A DNA stretch of 64,000 nt. Source: Antedon mediterranea (Eukaryota > Animalia > Echinodermata). Shown piece after piece: positions 1 to 12,592 of the stretch; the first letter of the stretch is position 1; each line of letters opens with the position of its first letter. The notes below the pieces were generated by a model. It was not told the DNA's origin. It searched no databases and saw only the letters and a list, made by a program, of their open reading frames with translations. The translations under genes were made by a program, and so were the position numbers. The stretch lies in assembly GCF_964355755.1 (NCBI RefSeq), contig NC_092672.1, positions 17,063,237 to 17,127,236 on the forward strand, read 5' to 3'.

Positions 1-1707
1 GCGCAATATCGGTAAATATAGAATCTAGGATTGGATTTATGACTAGGCGCGTAGAGGCAGCTGGTTGAAATTGTTAGTATACCAAAATGATTATATATCG
101 AAACGAATCACTCTAACACACATATTCGGGATAACAATTAAAAATATTTCTTTAAAGCTTTGTGACCTGGTGTGTACACTGACCGACGGTGATACATGCA
201 CACGCCCTACCCGCATTTCTATTGTAATCATCGATAAAAGCAATGCAGACCGATTATAATATTGTTACAATGCAGTGTTTTAATTTGGAAATTAAATTCC
301 GTTTCTACATAGTCGAATCTAAATTAATAAGGAGAGAAGGAGAGGGAGAGAAACCTAAATAGAATTTAAAACATAGCATTTTGATTTTAAAATGTGATGA
401 TAGAATCGATGGAGATGAAATTTATAAAATACGCTTAATATATTAAACTATAATAATAATAATACACATTAAACATATTTCTTAAAAAAATTAATTGACC
501 CTGACTCTTTGGGACCGGTGTATACATTTACCGACAGTGACGCTTATTTCCATGATATTGCAGAGACGGTTTTATTGAAACACTAAAGTAACTTACGATG
601 GAATTACACCCGTTTGTGTGTTTCATGATCATCATTCAAAAACCATACGCATAAATTATGCAGTGTAGGAGGAAGAGGAGGCACGATATATTCAATACGA
701 ATTTAAAAGCGCGCACCACACATACACATCAGTGTAATCGACAATCATTCATCGGTTTCGTTGTTTGTTGACAAATCGCGTGTAGTTAACCTTAACTATG
801 GTCAATAAAGAAGATGGTGAGTAAAACAAATATTAAAAAAATATATATATGTATCAAATAAATTCTCGAACCCTAGCCTAAGGCTACAGCGTTACATAAC
901 GAGACTCAAGAACTAACCATTCAGCTGGCTTACAATCTATCAATACCCTAACAGTATTAGTAATTTATCAAAAACTATATAGGGGCGCAATATCGGTAAA
1001 TATAGAATCTATAGGATTGGATTTACGACTAGGCGCGTAGAGGAAGCTTGTTCAAATTGTTAGTATACCAAAATGATTATATATCGAAACGAATTACTCT
1101 ATCACACATATTCGGGACAACAATTAAAAATATTTCTTTAAAGCTTTGTGACCGGTTCCGGTGACCGGTGTATACACTGACCGACGGTGATACAGACACA
1201 CGACTAGGCGCGTAGAGGCAGCTGGTTGAAATTGTTAGTATACCAAATGATTATATATCGAAACGAATGATAGAATCAATGGAGATGAAATTTATAAAAT
1301 ACGCTTAATATATTAAACTATAATAATAATAATAATACACATTAAACATATTTATTAAAAAAATTAATTGACCCTGACTCTTTGGGACCGGTGTATACAT
1401 TTACCGACGGTGTCGCTTCTTTCCATCATATTGCCGAGACGGTTTTATTGAAACACTAAAGTAACTAACGATGGAATTACACCCGTTTGTGTGTTTAATG
1501 ATCATCATGCGAAAACTCTACGCAAATTAAGCAGGGTAGGAGGAAGAGGAGGCACGATATATTCAATACGAATTTAAAAGCGCGCACCACACATACACAT
1601 CAGTGTAATCGACAATCATTCATCGGTTTCGTTGTTTGTTGACAAATCGCGTGTAGTTAACCTTAACTATGGTCAATAAAGAAGATGGTGAGTAAAACAA
1701 ATATTAA

Positions 1708-1738
<31 letters not shown>

Positions 1739-3652
1739 TCAAATCAATTCTCGAACCCTAGCCTAATGCTACAGCGTTACATTACGAGACTCAAGAACTA
1801 ACCATTCAGCTGGCTTACAATCTATCGATACCATAACATTATTAGTAATTTATCAAAAACTATATAGGGGCTTAATATCGGTAAATATAGAATCTAGGAT
1901 TGGATTTACGACTGGGCGCGTAGAGGCAGCAGGTTCAAATTGTTAGTATACCAAAATGATTATATATCGAAACGAATCACTCTATCACACATATTCGGGA
2001 TAACAATTAAAAATATTTCTTTAAAGCTTTGTGACCTGGTGCGTACACTGACCGACGGTGATACATGCACACGCCCTACCCGCATTTCTATTGTAGTCAT
2101 CGATAAAAGCAAAGCAGACCGATTATAATATTGTTACAATGCAGTGTTTTAATTTGGAATCTAAATTCCGTTTCTACATAGTCGAATCCAAATTAATAAG
2201 GAGAGAAGGAGAGGGAGAGAGAGAGAGAGAAACCTAGATAGAATTTAAAACATAGCATTTTGATTTTAAAATATGATGATAGAATCGATGGAGATGAAAT
2301 TTATAAAATACGCTTATATTAAACTATAATAATAATAATACAAATTAAACATATTTCTAAAAAAAAAGTAATTGATCCTGACTCTTTGGGACCGGTGTAT
2401 ACATTTACCGACAGTGACGCTTATTTCCATCATATTGCAGAGACGGTTTTATTGAAACACTAAAGTAACTTACGATGGAATTACACCCGTTTGTGTATTT
2501 CATGATCATCATTCGAAAACCATACGCAAATTAAGCCGGGTAGGAGGAAGAGGAGGCACGATATATTCAATACGAATTTAAAAGCGCGCACCACACATAC
2601 ACATCAGTGTAATCGACAATCATTCATCGGTTTAGTTGTTTGTTGACAAATCGCGTGTAGTTAACCTTAACTATGGTCAATAAAGAAGATGGTGAGTAAA
2701 AAAATATTAAAAAAATATATATATATATGTATCAAATCAATTCTCGAACCCTAGCCTAATGCTACAGCGTTACATTACGAGACTCAACAACTATATAGGG
2801 GCGCAATATCGGTAAATATAGAATCTATAGGATTGGATTTACGACTAGGCGCGTAGAGGCAGCTGGTTGAAATTGTTAGTATACCAACATGATTATATAT
2901 CGAAACGAATTACTCTAACACACATATTCGGAATAACAATTAAAAATATTTCTTTAAAGCTTTGTGACCTGGTGCGTACACTGACCGACGGTGATACATG
3001 CACACGCCCTACCCTTATTTCTATTGTCATCATCGATAAAAGCAATGCAGACCGATTATAATATTGTTACAATGCAGTGTTTTAATTTGGAATCTAAATT
3101 CCGTTTCTACATAGTCGAATCCAAATTAATAAGCAGAGAAGGAGAGGGGCAGAGAGAGAGAGAGAGAAACGTAGATAGAATTTAAAACATAGCATTTTGA
3201 TTTTAAAATATGATTATAGAATCGATGGAGATGAAATTTATAAAATACGCTTAATATATTAAACTATAATAATAATAATAATACACATTAAACATATTTC
3301 TTTAAAAAATGTATTGACCCTGACTCTTTGGGACCGGTGTATACATTTACCGACAGTGACGCTTATTTCCATCATATTGCCGAGACGGTTTTATTGTAAC
3401 ACTAAAGTAACTCACGATGGAATTACACCCGTTTGTGTGTTTCATGATCATCATTCAAAAACCATACGCAAATTAAGCCGGGTAGGAGGAAGAGGAGGCA
3501 CGATATATTCAATACGAATTTAAAAGCGCGCACCACACATACACATCAGTGTAATCGACAATCATTCATCGGTTTCGTTGTTTGTTGACAAATCGCGTGT
3601 AGTTAACCTTAACTATGGTCAATAAAGAAGATGGTGAGTAAAACAAATATTA

Positions 3653-3689
<37 letters not shown>

Positions 3690-4632
3690 CAAATCAATTC
3701 TCGAACCCTAGCCTAATGCTACAGCGTTACATTACGAGACTCAAGAACTAACCATTCAGCTGGCTTACAATCTATCGATACCATAACATTATTAGTAATT
3801 TATCAAAAACTATATAGGGGGCGCAATATCGGTAAATATAGAATCTCTAGGATTGGATTTACGACTAGGCGCGTAGAGGCAGCTTGTTCAAATTGTTAGT
3901 ATACCAAAATGATTATATATCAAAACGAATTACTCTAACACACATATTCGGGATAACAATTAAAAATATTTCTTTAAAGCTTTGTGACCTGGTGTGTACA
4001 CTGACCGGCGGTGATACATACACACGCCCTACCCTTATTTCTATTGTCATCATCGATAAAAGAAAAGCAGACCGATTATAATATTGTTACAATGCAGTGT
4101 TTTAATTTGGAAATTAAATTCCGTTTCTACATAGTCGAATCTAAATTAATAAGGAGAGAAGGAGAGGGAGAGGGAGAGAGAGAGAGAGAGAGAGAAACCC
4201 AAATAGAATTTAAAACATAGCATTTTGATTTTAAAATATGATGATAGAATCAACGGAGATTAAATTTATAAAATACGCTTATATTAAACTATAATAATAA
4301 TAATACACATTAAACATATTTCTTAAAAAAAAGTAATTGACCCTGACTCTTTGGGACCGGTGTATACATTTACCGACAGTGACGCTTATTTCCATCATAT
4401 TGCCGAGAGACGGTTTTATTGTAACACTAAAGTAACTAACGATGGAATTACACCCGTTTGTGTGTTTCATGATCATCATTCGAAAACCATACGCAAATTA
4501 AGCCGGGTAGGAGGAAGAGAAGGCACGATATATTCAATACGAATTTTAAAGCGCGCACCACACATACACATCAGTATAATCGACAATCATTCATCGGTTT
4601 CGTTGTTTGTTGACAACGCGTGTAGTTAACCT
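1..4632. repeat. Tandem array of ~0.9-1.0 kb units (about 5 copies, truncated at the window edge)
   Basis: The unit start GCGCAATATCGGTAAATATAGAATCT recurs at 1, 985, ~1870 (variant), 2801 and 3821. Units carry variable (GA)n and (TA)n tracts, and copy 2 has an internal deletion/rearrangement. Confidence 0.97.
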
Positions 4633-4643
4633 TCATCGCAAAG

Positions 4644-4650
4644 TATAAAA
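4644..4650 (+). promoter_or_regulatory. Putative TATA box upstream of the AlkB-like gene
   Basis: TATAAAA lies immediately after the array ends, ~75 bp upstream of the ATG at 4725. Confidence 0.4.
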
Positions 4651-4724
4651 ATCGACCAGTATGGAGTTTTAGTTTCAAACTTTAATTGGAAGTTGTAGTG
4701 AATTCTTGTAGCAATAAAGTAATC

Positions 4725-5399
4725 ATGAACGTCAGCCAGTCAGAAGATGAGTTTTATTTCGGCTTTCATTCACACACCGTATGCAGACCGGAAGATAACA
4801 TGAAATGCGTTCGTGTACATCTGCTACATAGACTGATAGCAGACACTATTTTAAAACAATGTAGGAAAACACATTTATTCGATTCTCTATATAAGTTACG
4901 CGATGTGATCACTGAAGTAGACCACATTAGATGTGCAGCGTACGGTGATTTGGAGTTGTCATTCCAAATAGGAGTTCACACAAACATCGACGACACAGCG
5001 AGAAGTCCTCTGTGTTACTGGCCAAAGTTTCTACTCGAAATGCGTGAATGGATACACATTGCGACTGGTCATTTTTACAATATGGTAACTTTGACAAGAG
5101 CGGAGGATTCAGCGGAATGCTATCTTAATGATGTACAAAGGAGCAAAATAAGTCCTGTATGCATTATGTCTCTGGGACCTACTAGAATCTGTAGATTCGA
5201 ACACCGCACCAACAAAAACATTAAACCTGTGAACATAAAAATGGAGCACGGTTCGATGCTGGTAATAAATTCTGAAACAATCAACGAATGGTCAAGAACT
5301 GTACCAAAGATAGATGGAATAGGAAGCACCAGCATATTGACATTTATGAACATTGAAAGGTATAGCAATATCAATATTACAACAAACAATGTATTGTAG
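4725..5399 (+). CDS. AlkB/ALKBH2-3-like 2OG-Fe(II) oxygenase-fold protein, probably catalytically inactive
   Basis: SPVCIMSLGPTRICRF...IKMEHGSMLVINSETINEWSRTVPK...ILTF matches the ALKBH2/3 pattern IASLSFGATR.F...LDHGTLLIM.G.TQ..WQHRVPK...RVNLTFR, but the HxD, distal His and Arg residues are missing. First ATG at 4725. Confidence 0.75.
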   Translation: MNVSQSEDEFYFGFHSHTVCRPEDNMKCVRVHLLHRLIADTILKQCRKTHLFDSLYKLRDVITEVDHIRCAAYGDLELSFQIGVHTNIDDTARSPLCYWPKFLLEMREWIHIATGHFYNMVTLTRAEDSAECYLNDVQRSKISPVCIMSLGPTRICRFEHRTNKNIKPVNIKMEHGSMLVINSETINEWSRTVPKIDGIGSTSILTFMNIERYSNINITTNNVL

Positions 5400-6420
5400 T
5401 ATTGAATTCTTGGAGCGGTAACGTTAAATCGTGAACGTCAGCCAGTCAGTAGAAGACACACACACACACACATCCCGTATGCAGAGCAGAACGAAACATG
5501 AACATATATCTGCTACATAGACAGATAGCAGACATTATTTTAATACAAATTCTAGGAAACTAGTATTTGGACGTTTATGAACAATAATTAATTTATTAAT
5601 GCATCATGTAACAATTTGAATTACCTTTATTTTATTACAAAATACTAATAAATTTTTCGAGTGTAAAACAATCAAGCATAGATTCTCTTTATTACTCTCA
5701 GTGTTTTATGTGTTTGAATAATGCAGTCCTGATCCTGATATAGCAGTAACACGCATCCGTATCCAATGATTACTTCGACCTCAATGACAGTGTGCGTCAA
5801 TGTTTAAGCATTCAGTTTACACACAAGAGAGAACATACATCGCCTTATACAATATTATGTTCATAACCTTCTAGATCATTCCTTATACTTCTCACTCAAT
5901 CATCAATTCATTATCCTTTTATCAATTCATTATCCCTTTATCGACAACATCGCGTTACAGAGCTTCTATAATAAAACTAAAATATACCCATTTAGAAACA
6001 CAATAGGCCTATAATTATTGTCTGTCACGCGGCATATAACGCAGGTATATTATTTGTCAATAGAGGGCGAACTACTTATTGTATTCGTTATCAGGACTAC
6101 AAAATACTAAACACGCCGTTTAAATTATAATAATATCAATTTCATTATCCCTTCATCGATAACAAATACTTTGTCTTCTATTAATATACCGTTTAGTATA
6201 ACTTCGAATACACTTTTGTTTGTTTTTTTTAATTAGGGTTCATTATCGAATAAATCGTGTTAGTGAACAACTATAACTAAAAGAATGTATACCGTTTAGT
6301 TTACAAAGTGACATGTTATGGTCAATTTTTTTTTTTAGAGAACATCGTGTTAGGGATAATAAAAGAAAATATGGCTAGTGTCACCACAAAAGGAGCCTTG
6401 TGTTGAAATTAAAATTTTAT
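5292..6420 (+). repeat. Direct repeat copy A (~1.1 kb) including the 3' end of the AlkB-like gene
   Basis: TCAAGAACTGTACCAAAGATAGATGG occurs at 5292 and 6962. The near-identity runs to GAGCCTTGTGTTGAAATTAA in both copies. Confidence 0.93.
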
Positions 6421-6961
6421 TATTATTATTATTATATTAATCTCCATTCTTTAAACTTTCCAAAAAAATATGTAACTTGCTTTATATTTCTTTCAAGGCA
6501 ATTAAATATGACCCGATTTCAACAAATCACCTCCGAATTCAATAGATTACTTCCGAATTCAATAGATTATCAACAATTAGAAAGCAGCCTTTGAAGTTCA
6601 GTGGACCATTACATTGGTTCTATTCAATAACCACAACACATTCGCATTGGATACCATTAGTTATTATTACTGGATCTACATGACATTTTACACACTTAAA
6701 CAATGAATACGAATAAAGAATACACTTTAATTTCTTTCAATTTTATTATCATCTTCATATATAAAATCAACAATTAAAAATGCATAATTATTTTGATTAA
6801 TGGATTATTTTGAGCACACACAATCTGTTAACATAACTCACTTCTACTCTAGATCATGATTAGGCCTATACAAATTCTTACACATTCTTCTTCGTTTTCA
6901 ATAACTATCCTCGCCGTCAGAACCTTTGTCTATCCCCATCCAGTCTTTAGTATCCTCATCC

Positions 6962-7128
6962 TCAAGAACTGTACCAAAGATAGATGGAATAGGAGACACC
7001 AGCATATTGACATTTATGAACATTGAAAGGTATAGCAATATCAATATTACAACAAACAATGTATTGTAGTATTGAATTCTTGGAGCGGTAACGTTAAATC
7101 GTGAACGTCAGTCAGTCAGTCAGTAGAA

Positions 7129-7171
<43 letters not shown>

Positions 7172-8120
7172 CCCGTATGCAGAGCAGAACGAAACATGAA
7201 AATATATCTGCTATATAGACAGATAGCAGGCATTATTTTAATACAAATGCTAGAAAACTAGTATTTGGACGTTTATGAACATTAATTAATTTATTAATGC
7301 ATCATGTGACAATTTGAATTACCTTTATTTTATTACAAAATACTAATACATTTTTCGAGTGTAAAACAATCAAGCATAGATTCTCTTTATTACTCTCAGT
7401 GTTTTATGTGTGTGAATAATGCAGTCCTGATCTTGATAGAGCAGTAACACGCATCCGTATGCAAAGATTACTTCGACCTCAATGGCAGTGTGCGTCAATG
7501 TTTAAGCATTCAGTTTACACACAAGACAGAACATACATCCCCTTATACAAAATATTATGTTCATAACCTTCTAGATCATTCCTTATACTTCTCACTCAAT
7601 CATCAATTCATTATCCCTTTATCAATTCATTATCCCTTTATCGACAACATCGCGTTACAGAACTTCTATAATAAAACTAAAATATACCCATTAAGAAACA
7701 CAGTAGGCCTAGTATAATTATTGTCTGTCACGCGGCGTATAACGCAGGTATATTATTTGTCAATAGAGGGCGGACTACTTATTGTATTCGTTATCAGGAC
7801 TACAAAATACTAAACACGCCGTTTAAATTATAATAATATCAATTTCATTATCCCTTCATCGATAACAAATACTTTGTCTTCTATTAATATACCGTTTAGT
7901 ATAACTTCGAATACACTTTTGTTTGTTTTTTTTTTTAATTAGGGTTCATTATCGAATAAATCGTGTTAGTGAACAACTATAACTAAAAGAATGTATACCG
8001 TTTAGTTTACAAAGTGACACGTTATGGTCATTTTTTTTTTTCGAGAACATTGTGTTAGGGATAATAAAAGAAAATATGGCTCGTGTCACCACAAAAGGAG
8101 CCTTGTGTTGAAATTAATTT
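6962..8120 (+). repeat. Direct repeat copy B (~1.15 kb)
   Basis: Near-identical to 5292-6420, with an expanded (CA)n tract at ~7130-7170. Confidence 0.93.
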
Positions 8121-8458
8121 TTTTTTTATTATTATTTTAATATTAATCTCACAATCACAAATTAAACCCTTTTGCTCTCTTTTTTTTTTTTTTTTTTGGA
8201 CAAGACTGCTCGCCGGGCTTTATGAAAATTATTTTATCATTAGCAGGTTTGACAATAGGAATTGTCTGTAAGTATATATCTTCACCGAAAATTGTAGGCG
8301 CTATTAATCGCGTGCTAACAAACACCATACGTAAAAAAAGTACTAAAGTTAAATGGATGATGATGTTTCAATTTCTACACTGTCCTGTTCCAAATTGCCA
8401 ATGCTTAATAATAACTAAATTGAACACCGAGTTTTGAATTGTGTGCGTGTGTGTTTAT

Positions 8459-10939
8459 TCACCGACGTCTTATGATTGAACCGGCTACAAGAACACTTCT
8501 GTCCTTGTCGGAGAGAAAGTGATTTTCTGTGTATTCATTGGTAAGATCGGCCCTCAAGTAAAACACCATCTTTTTCTGTATAACGGGCGTCCGATGGGGA
8601 TCGGCAATGATACTTTCGATGAAATCTTTTGGGAAAAAAGGCCTCATATCGTCCGGGCTGACGATACAGAACCGTATTTTCTCCTCGCCATCACCACCAC
8701 TGTCATCGTTTATCAATACTATATTGTCATCAAACGGTCGAGGTAGATGACAAGGAAACGATCTCGGTGACGCAAGTTCTCCGTCATCGTTATCGTCGTC
8801 CTTGTGATCGAGTGCAAGTTGACAAAGTACGTGAACGCTATCTTCAGGGGAATGAATAGGGCCACGAACAAAGTCTGATTTCTTATGACATAAAAGCAAA
8901 ACGTTTGCACATTGAATGAATCGCGCAAAACATGGCGATGTATGATTCCATTTAACCACTCCAGCATTGTCGACAGTGACAACGTTCTGGTAATAGGATG
9001 TACATTCTCCGTGTTTGGGTTGTGGAGGTTGCCGATTACCTTCATTCGCGTCTATAACGTCATACGAGGCCAAGATAAGAGGATATGCCGAGAGACGAGT
9101 TACGTAGCGTTCGTTCTGTCGGCAAACCACGTTGGCTTGAACGCCTTCGAATATCGATGCGTGCATGAAAGGTATACTGTGTCTAATGTGCTGAGTGACG
9201 CGGATAGACTCTTCGTACGCGTCATACGCTGGTTGAAGAGAAGCCATTTCGAGGCGTTGTTCTTGTAGGGGCGTGAGACCGATCACGGATGATCTGATGC
9301 GTACCGTCACCGGATCAAAGTCAAACCACATCAGTCTACCCAGGTGTGATGTGCAGTTGGCGAGAGCAAACATAAGCTGGGCGTCGTTTTTTACTTCGGG
9401 AACGGCGAACGAGAATGTTATGGCCGGATAGGCAATTGCAAACAGTCGAAGCGCCTCGTTTTGATCGCATCTTTGTTGTAAGGAAGCGTAACCGTCGTGT
9501 TCCGGAACAGGAAATTTCGGAATCCAAGTTTGCAGGTACTTGACAAAACGTTTTCTTCGTTTGCCGTCAACGCGTCGCTCAAAATTCGTAAGAAACCTGT
9601 CGATTCCTTCGATGCGTTTCTGTGTGATTCGTCTGCGTTTTTTCGGATACAAAGGAGCGATGGATTTGATGAGTTCGAAACTGCTCAAGAAGGAAGAAGC
9701 TTGTCGAAGCACGTCCAGGCACAGACATTGAATCGTCGTTTCAAAATCCTCAAACAGTAACAATCTTTTTCCGATTTCTTTGTAGAGAGTAGCGCGTAAT
9801 TTTGGAAGATTGAACAAAACTGTTTCAAGATCGATGTAGACACCGTTCATAACTGCGTAGTTCTCTAGACCCATCTTCTCAGCTTCTAACGCGAACGTCG
9901 TGCGTTCTCTTTTCTTGGCGACTTCATTCAACGCTCTGCGTAGGATTTCTTCTTCTTCAACAGCAGCAGCAGCAGCAGCAGCACGCGCTTCGTTCAAATA
10001 ACACTGCATCTTTACTGCTTCAAAAGTGAACGGGGTACGTCTACCACGCGCAAACGTGGCCGTTTCCCACAACAGAACGCTGGCCAGAATCAATTCGTCT
10101 TGTACTGGCGGACGATGATACTCTCTCGCCTTTGCAACGACATTCGATGGAGATTTTGAATGCCAGTTGTGTTGATTGATTCCATGCGATCGCATATGAA
10201 ACCAAAACTGTTTCGATTGCGTCAGTATGTGATCTGATGCCGATGTTCTCTCGCATATGTTCGAGAGCAGCCGTCGTAGCGCGTGCACATTTTTGGTAGA
10301 CGCGGTGAACAGCTCAAATGAGAGTGCCAATAGAGCTACGTTCGGATCGCTTGTCATCGACGTGAACAGCTTCAACATTCGAGGCGTGTGCATAAAGTCT
10401 TCTTCTTCTGATGATGATGGTGGTGGTGGTGGTGGTGGTGATGGTGGTGGTGGTGTAATATGCGTGATGAGTCGACGTTTGTTTTTAGTTTTCACATTGG
10501 GACGGTGGTGGTGAAGATGATGATTGATGATTCTCGAAATTGTCGGATATGATCTGTTTACCCTACAGCCGTTAATCACAAGAACATCGGTTCTCTTCTC
10601 GTACGTCATATCGGTATCGGTGAACTTACCGACATGCGTTGGCCATTCGGATATCTGCGCCATCGACAGATTCGAAGCTAAATTTAGCGTCGGTCTCATT
10701 GCGACTCCTCGCTCACGCAACGGATGCGGATTATAGTCTCCGAACACAACACCGTTCCAGCTTGGCTTTGTTATCATTTCGATTTCCAATGTGTCCGGTG
10801 TAACGTCGAGTGTAGGCAACGGTGGACTCCATTCATCACTAGGGGAGAAACGTTCCAGTATTATCCATTTACGTTCAACGATCAGTGCCGCGTACAATTT
10901 CTTTGAATTTGTGTCTTGCCATCTGTAAATCGCCGACAT
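8459..10939 (-). CDS. Hypothetical protein, 826 aa
   Basis: Long ATG-initiated ORF with poly-P and poly-A tracts. No family recognised. Confidence 0.8.
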   Translation of the reverse strand: MSAIYRWQDTNSKKLYAALIVERKWIILERFSPSDEWSPPLPTLDVTPDTLEIEMITKPSWNGVVFGDYNPHPLRERGVAMRPTLNLASNLSMAQISEWPTHVGKFTDTDMTYEKRTDVLVINGCRVNRSYPTISRIINHHLHHHRPNVKTKNKRRLITHITPPPPSPPPPPPPSSSEEEDFMHTPRMLKLFTSMTSDPNVALLALSFELFTASTKNVHALRRLLSNICERTSASDHILTQSKQFWFHMRSHGINQHNWHSKSPSNVVAKAREYHRPPVQDELILASVLLWETATFARGRRTPFTFEAVKMQCYLNEARAAAAAAAVEEEEILRRALNEVAKKRERTTFALEAEKMGLENYAVMNGVYIDLETVLFNLPKLRATLYKEIGKRLLLFEDFETTIQCLCLDVLRQASSFLSSFELIKSIAPLYPKKRRRITQKRIEGIDRFLTNFERRVDGKRRKRFVKYLQTWIPKFPVPEHDGYASLQQRCDQNEALRLFAIAYPAITFSFAVPEVKNDAQLMFALANCTSHLGRLMWFDFDPVTVRIRSSVIGLTPLQEQRLEMASLQPAYDAYEESIRVTQHIRHSIPFMHASIFEGVQANVVCRQNERYVTRLSAYPLILASYDVIDANEGNRQPPQPKHGECTSYYQNVVTVDNAGVVKWNHTSPCFARFIQCANVLLLCHKKSDFVRGPIHSPEDSVHVLCQLALDHKDDDNDDGELASPRSFPCHLPRPFDDNIVLINDDSGGDGEEKIRFCIVSPDDMRPFFPKDFIESIIADPHRTPVIQKKMVFYLRADLTNEYTENHFLSDKDRSVLVAGSIIRRR

Positions 10940-10951
10940 TGTGCTGCTGCT

Positions 10952-12592
10952 ATGGCTGAATTTCTACCCCTGTACAAGACGCAAATAACAACGAGAAAGT
11001 ATGAAAGTTTACCGGCTGTAAACGGCAAGTACGGCGCTATTCGAATTCAAGAAAGTGGGAAACATGGCAAAGTGAAGACAGCTAAAGAAAACGTGCACGT
11101 TGTGATAAAGACATTGTATGATTTCACGGCCAGCCACACGTCTACGCTCGAGCATGAAGACGTGAACTTGTCGGGAAACAAGGAAGTTTTGGTTCTTGCA
11201 CACTTAAAACAAACGGACGCGGCTCGAATGTGTACGCCTCGTCTGCTCGAAGTTTCTTATCGGCGTAACATCGCAATATCAATCACAATGAGAAACGAAG
11301 GATGTAATCTGTACAGGCTACGCTATTGTTACAAGCTTCTGCCTTGCGTGAAAACGCTTTCGTTACATGTTTGCAAAGCGTTGACGTTTCTCGAAAACGC
11401 AGGTGTGGTTCACAACGACATAACAATCGAGAACGTGGCGTATAGTCGATTAGATAATCGATTTTGTATAATAGACTTTGGTTCTGCCGAGTTTACAAAG
11501 CACGGTGCAAGCACGTTTGGCGTTTCTGTGAAAGAGAGACATGGCCATCGGTGTTTGGGTATCGTTCGAACCGGTTCCATGGCGTCAAAGTACTTGCCAC
11601 CGGGAAGTCGACTACGCTTTTCCGACACCGAACCAAACTATTCGTGCGTCAGGAGTGAGGAGAAACTGACAAGGATACCTTTCAGGGACATAAGTCATGT
11701 GATGTCAGACAGACGAGTGAAGATGTTGCGTCGAAATTCGGACGTTTACAGCGCCTCGATGAGTGTGGCTTTAATGTTTTATGATGACAACAATCGGAAT
11801 AAGTTTGAGACGCAAAGCGACTATTGTGATTTAAAAAAGGACAAATTTGCGTACAACAATTTGATTAAGGTGTGTAGACATTCGGTAGAACTACGTGGTC
11901 CGATGAACGAACGTGATCTCCAGTTTTGGTACACGCACGTGAATCCGGATAGATCACTGACCGACGCATTTTCACTGTCGCATTGTTCCAGCAGCAAGAA
12001 ATACAATTCATACATCGATAGATTCAGTCCGTTCTTGGGAGTCGAGTTTACGGACGCTTTAAAAGAATGTTTGAACCCTGTACCGGAACGTCGATGTGTA
12101 TCGAAACTAGAAAAGGCGGCTTCGAAACTACACGACTCAACTGTATTGTTTGGCGGTAAACAGTTTTCGTTGAAACGCGTTGAAGATAGATTGGTGTATC
12201 TAGTACACGAACATGACATTTCGATTGGAGACATCAAATTTGGCAACGAAAGCCCGAATCGAAACGTTGTGGTGGTGGAACATATGCACATCATGTCAAA
12301 CGATCGGAAACTGATCATGTCGTTTCTCATGTCGGCTCTCAGACTGAGTCAATATATTGCAACTACAGTAGAATTCTGCGTGTTCAGCGACGAGGACATT
12401 AAACATTTGTCGAATTCATTCGGCACCAACGCTAAATTAAAATTACATGATGGAATACGCCGAATGTATGTGAAAGTCAACGACGACGTACCGCTCATAG
12501 TAAGCGTCGAAAAATCCAGATCCGAATATAATACGGTGGTGGTGGCCGATGATGAAGAAGAGGTTTCATCTGCTAAACGACCATGTAGATGA
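10952..12592 (+). CDS. Ser/Thr protein kinase, viral type (paralogue 1)
   Basis: G-loop GKHGKV, VIK lysine, HNDITIEN catalytic loop, IIDFGSA and SDVYSA. First ATG at 10952, AATAAA just after the stop. Confidence 0.9.
   Translation: MAEFLPLYKTQITTRKYESLPAVNGKYGAIRIQESGKHGKVKTAKENVHVVIKTLYDFTASHTSTLEHEDVNLSGNKEVLVLAHLKQTDAARMCTPRLLEVSYRRNIAISITMRNEGCNLYRLRYCYKLLPCVKTLSLHVCKALTFLENAGVVHNDITIENVAYSRLDNRFCIIDFGSAEFTKHGASTFGVSVKERHGHRCLGIVRTGSMASKYLPPGSRLRFSDTEPNYSCVRSEEKLTRIPFRDISHVMSDRRVKMLRRNSDVYSASMSVALMFYDDNNRNKFETQSDYCDLKKDKFAYNNLIKVCRHSVELRGPMNERDLQFWYTHVNPDRSLTDAFSLSHCSSSKKYNSYIDRFSPFLGVEFTDALKECLNPVPERRCVSKLEKAASKLHDSTVLFGGKQFSLKRVEDRLVYLVHEHDISIGDIKFGNESPNRNVVVVEHMHIMSNDRKLIMSFLMSALRLSQYIATTVEFCVFSDEDIKHLSNSFGTNAKLKLHDGIRRMYVKVNDDVPLIVSVEKSRSEYNTVVVADDEEEVSSAKRPCR

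Noticed and set aside
65-4629. Short repeated ORFs (60-92 aa) inside the tandem array
   Set aside because: Most have non-ATG starts, they are broken by stops or indels in some copies, and they show no recognisable domain. They are by-products of the repeat.
1-4632. CRISPR array or herpes-type telomeric (TTAGGG)n repeats
   Set aside because: Units are ~1 kb with no unique spacers and no cas operon. Only isolated CCCTAG/CCTAA words occur, not telomeric arrays.
8459-10939. Terminase, portal or helicase identity for the 826-aa ORF
   Set aside because: No Walker A/B or other diagnostic motif could be found by eye.
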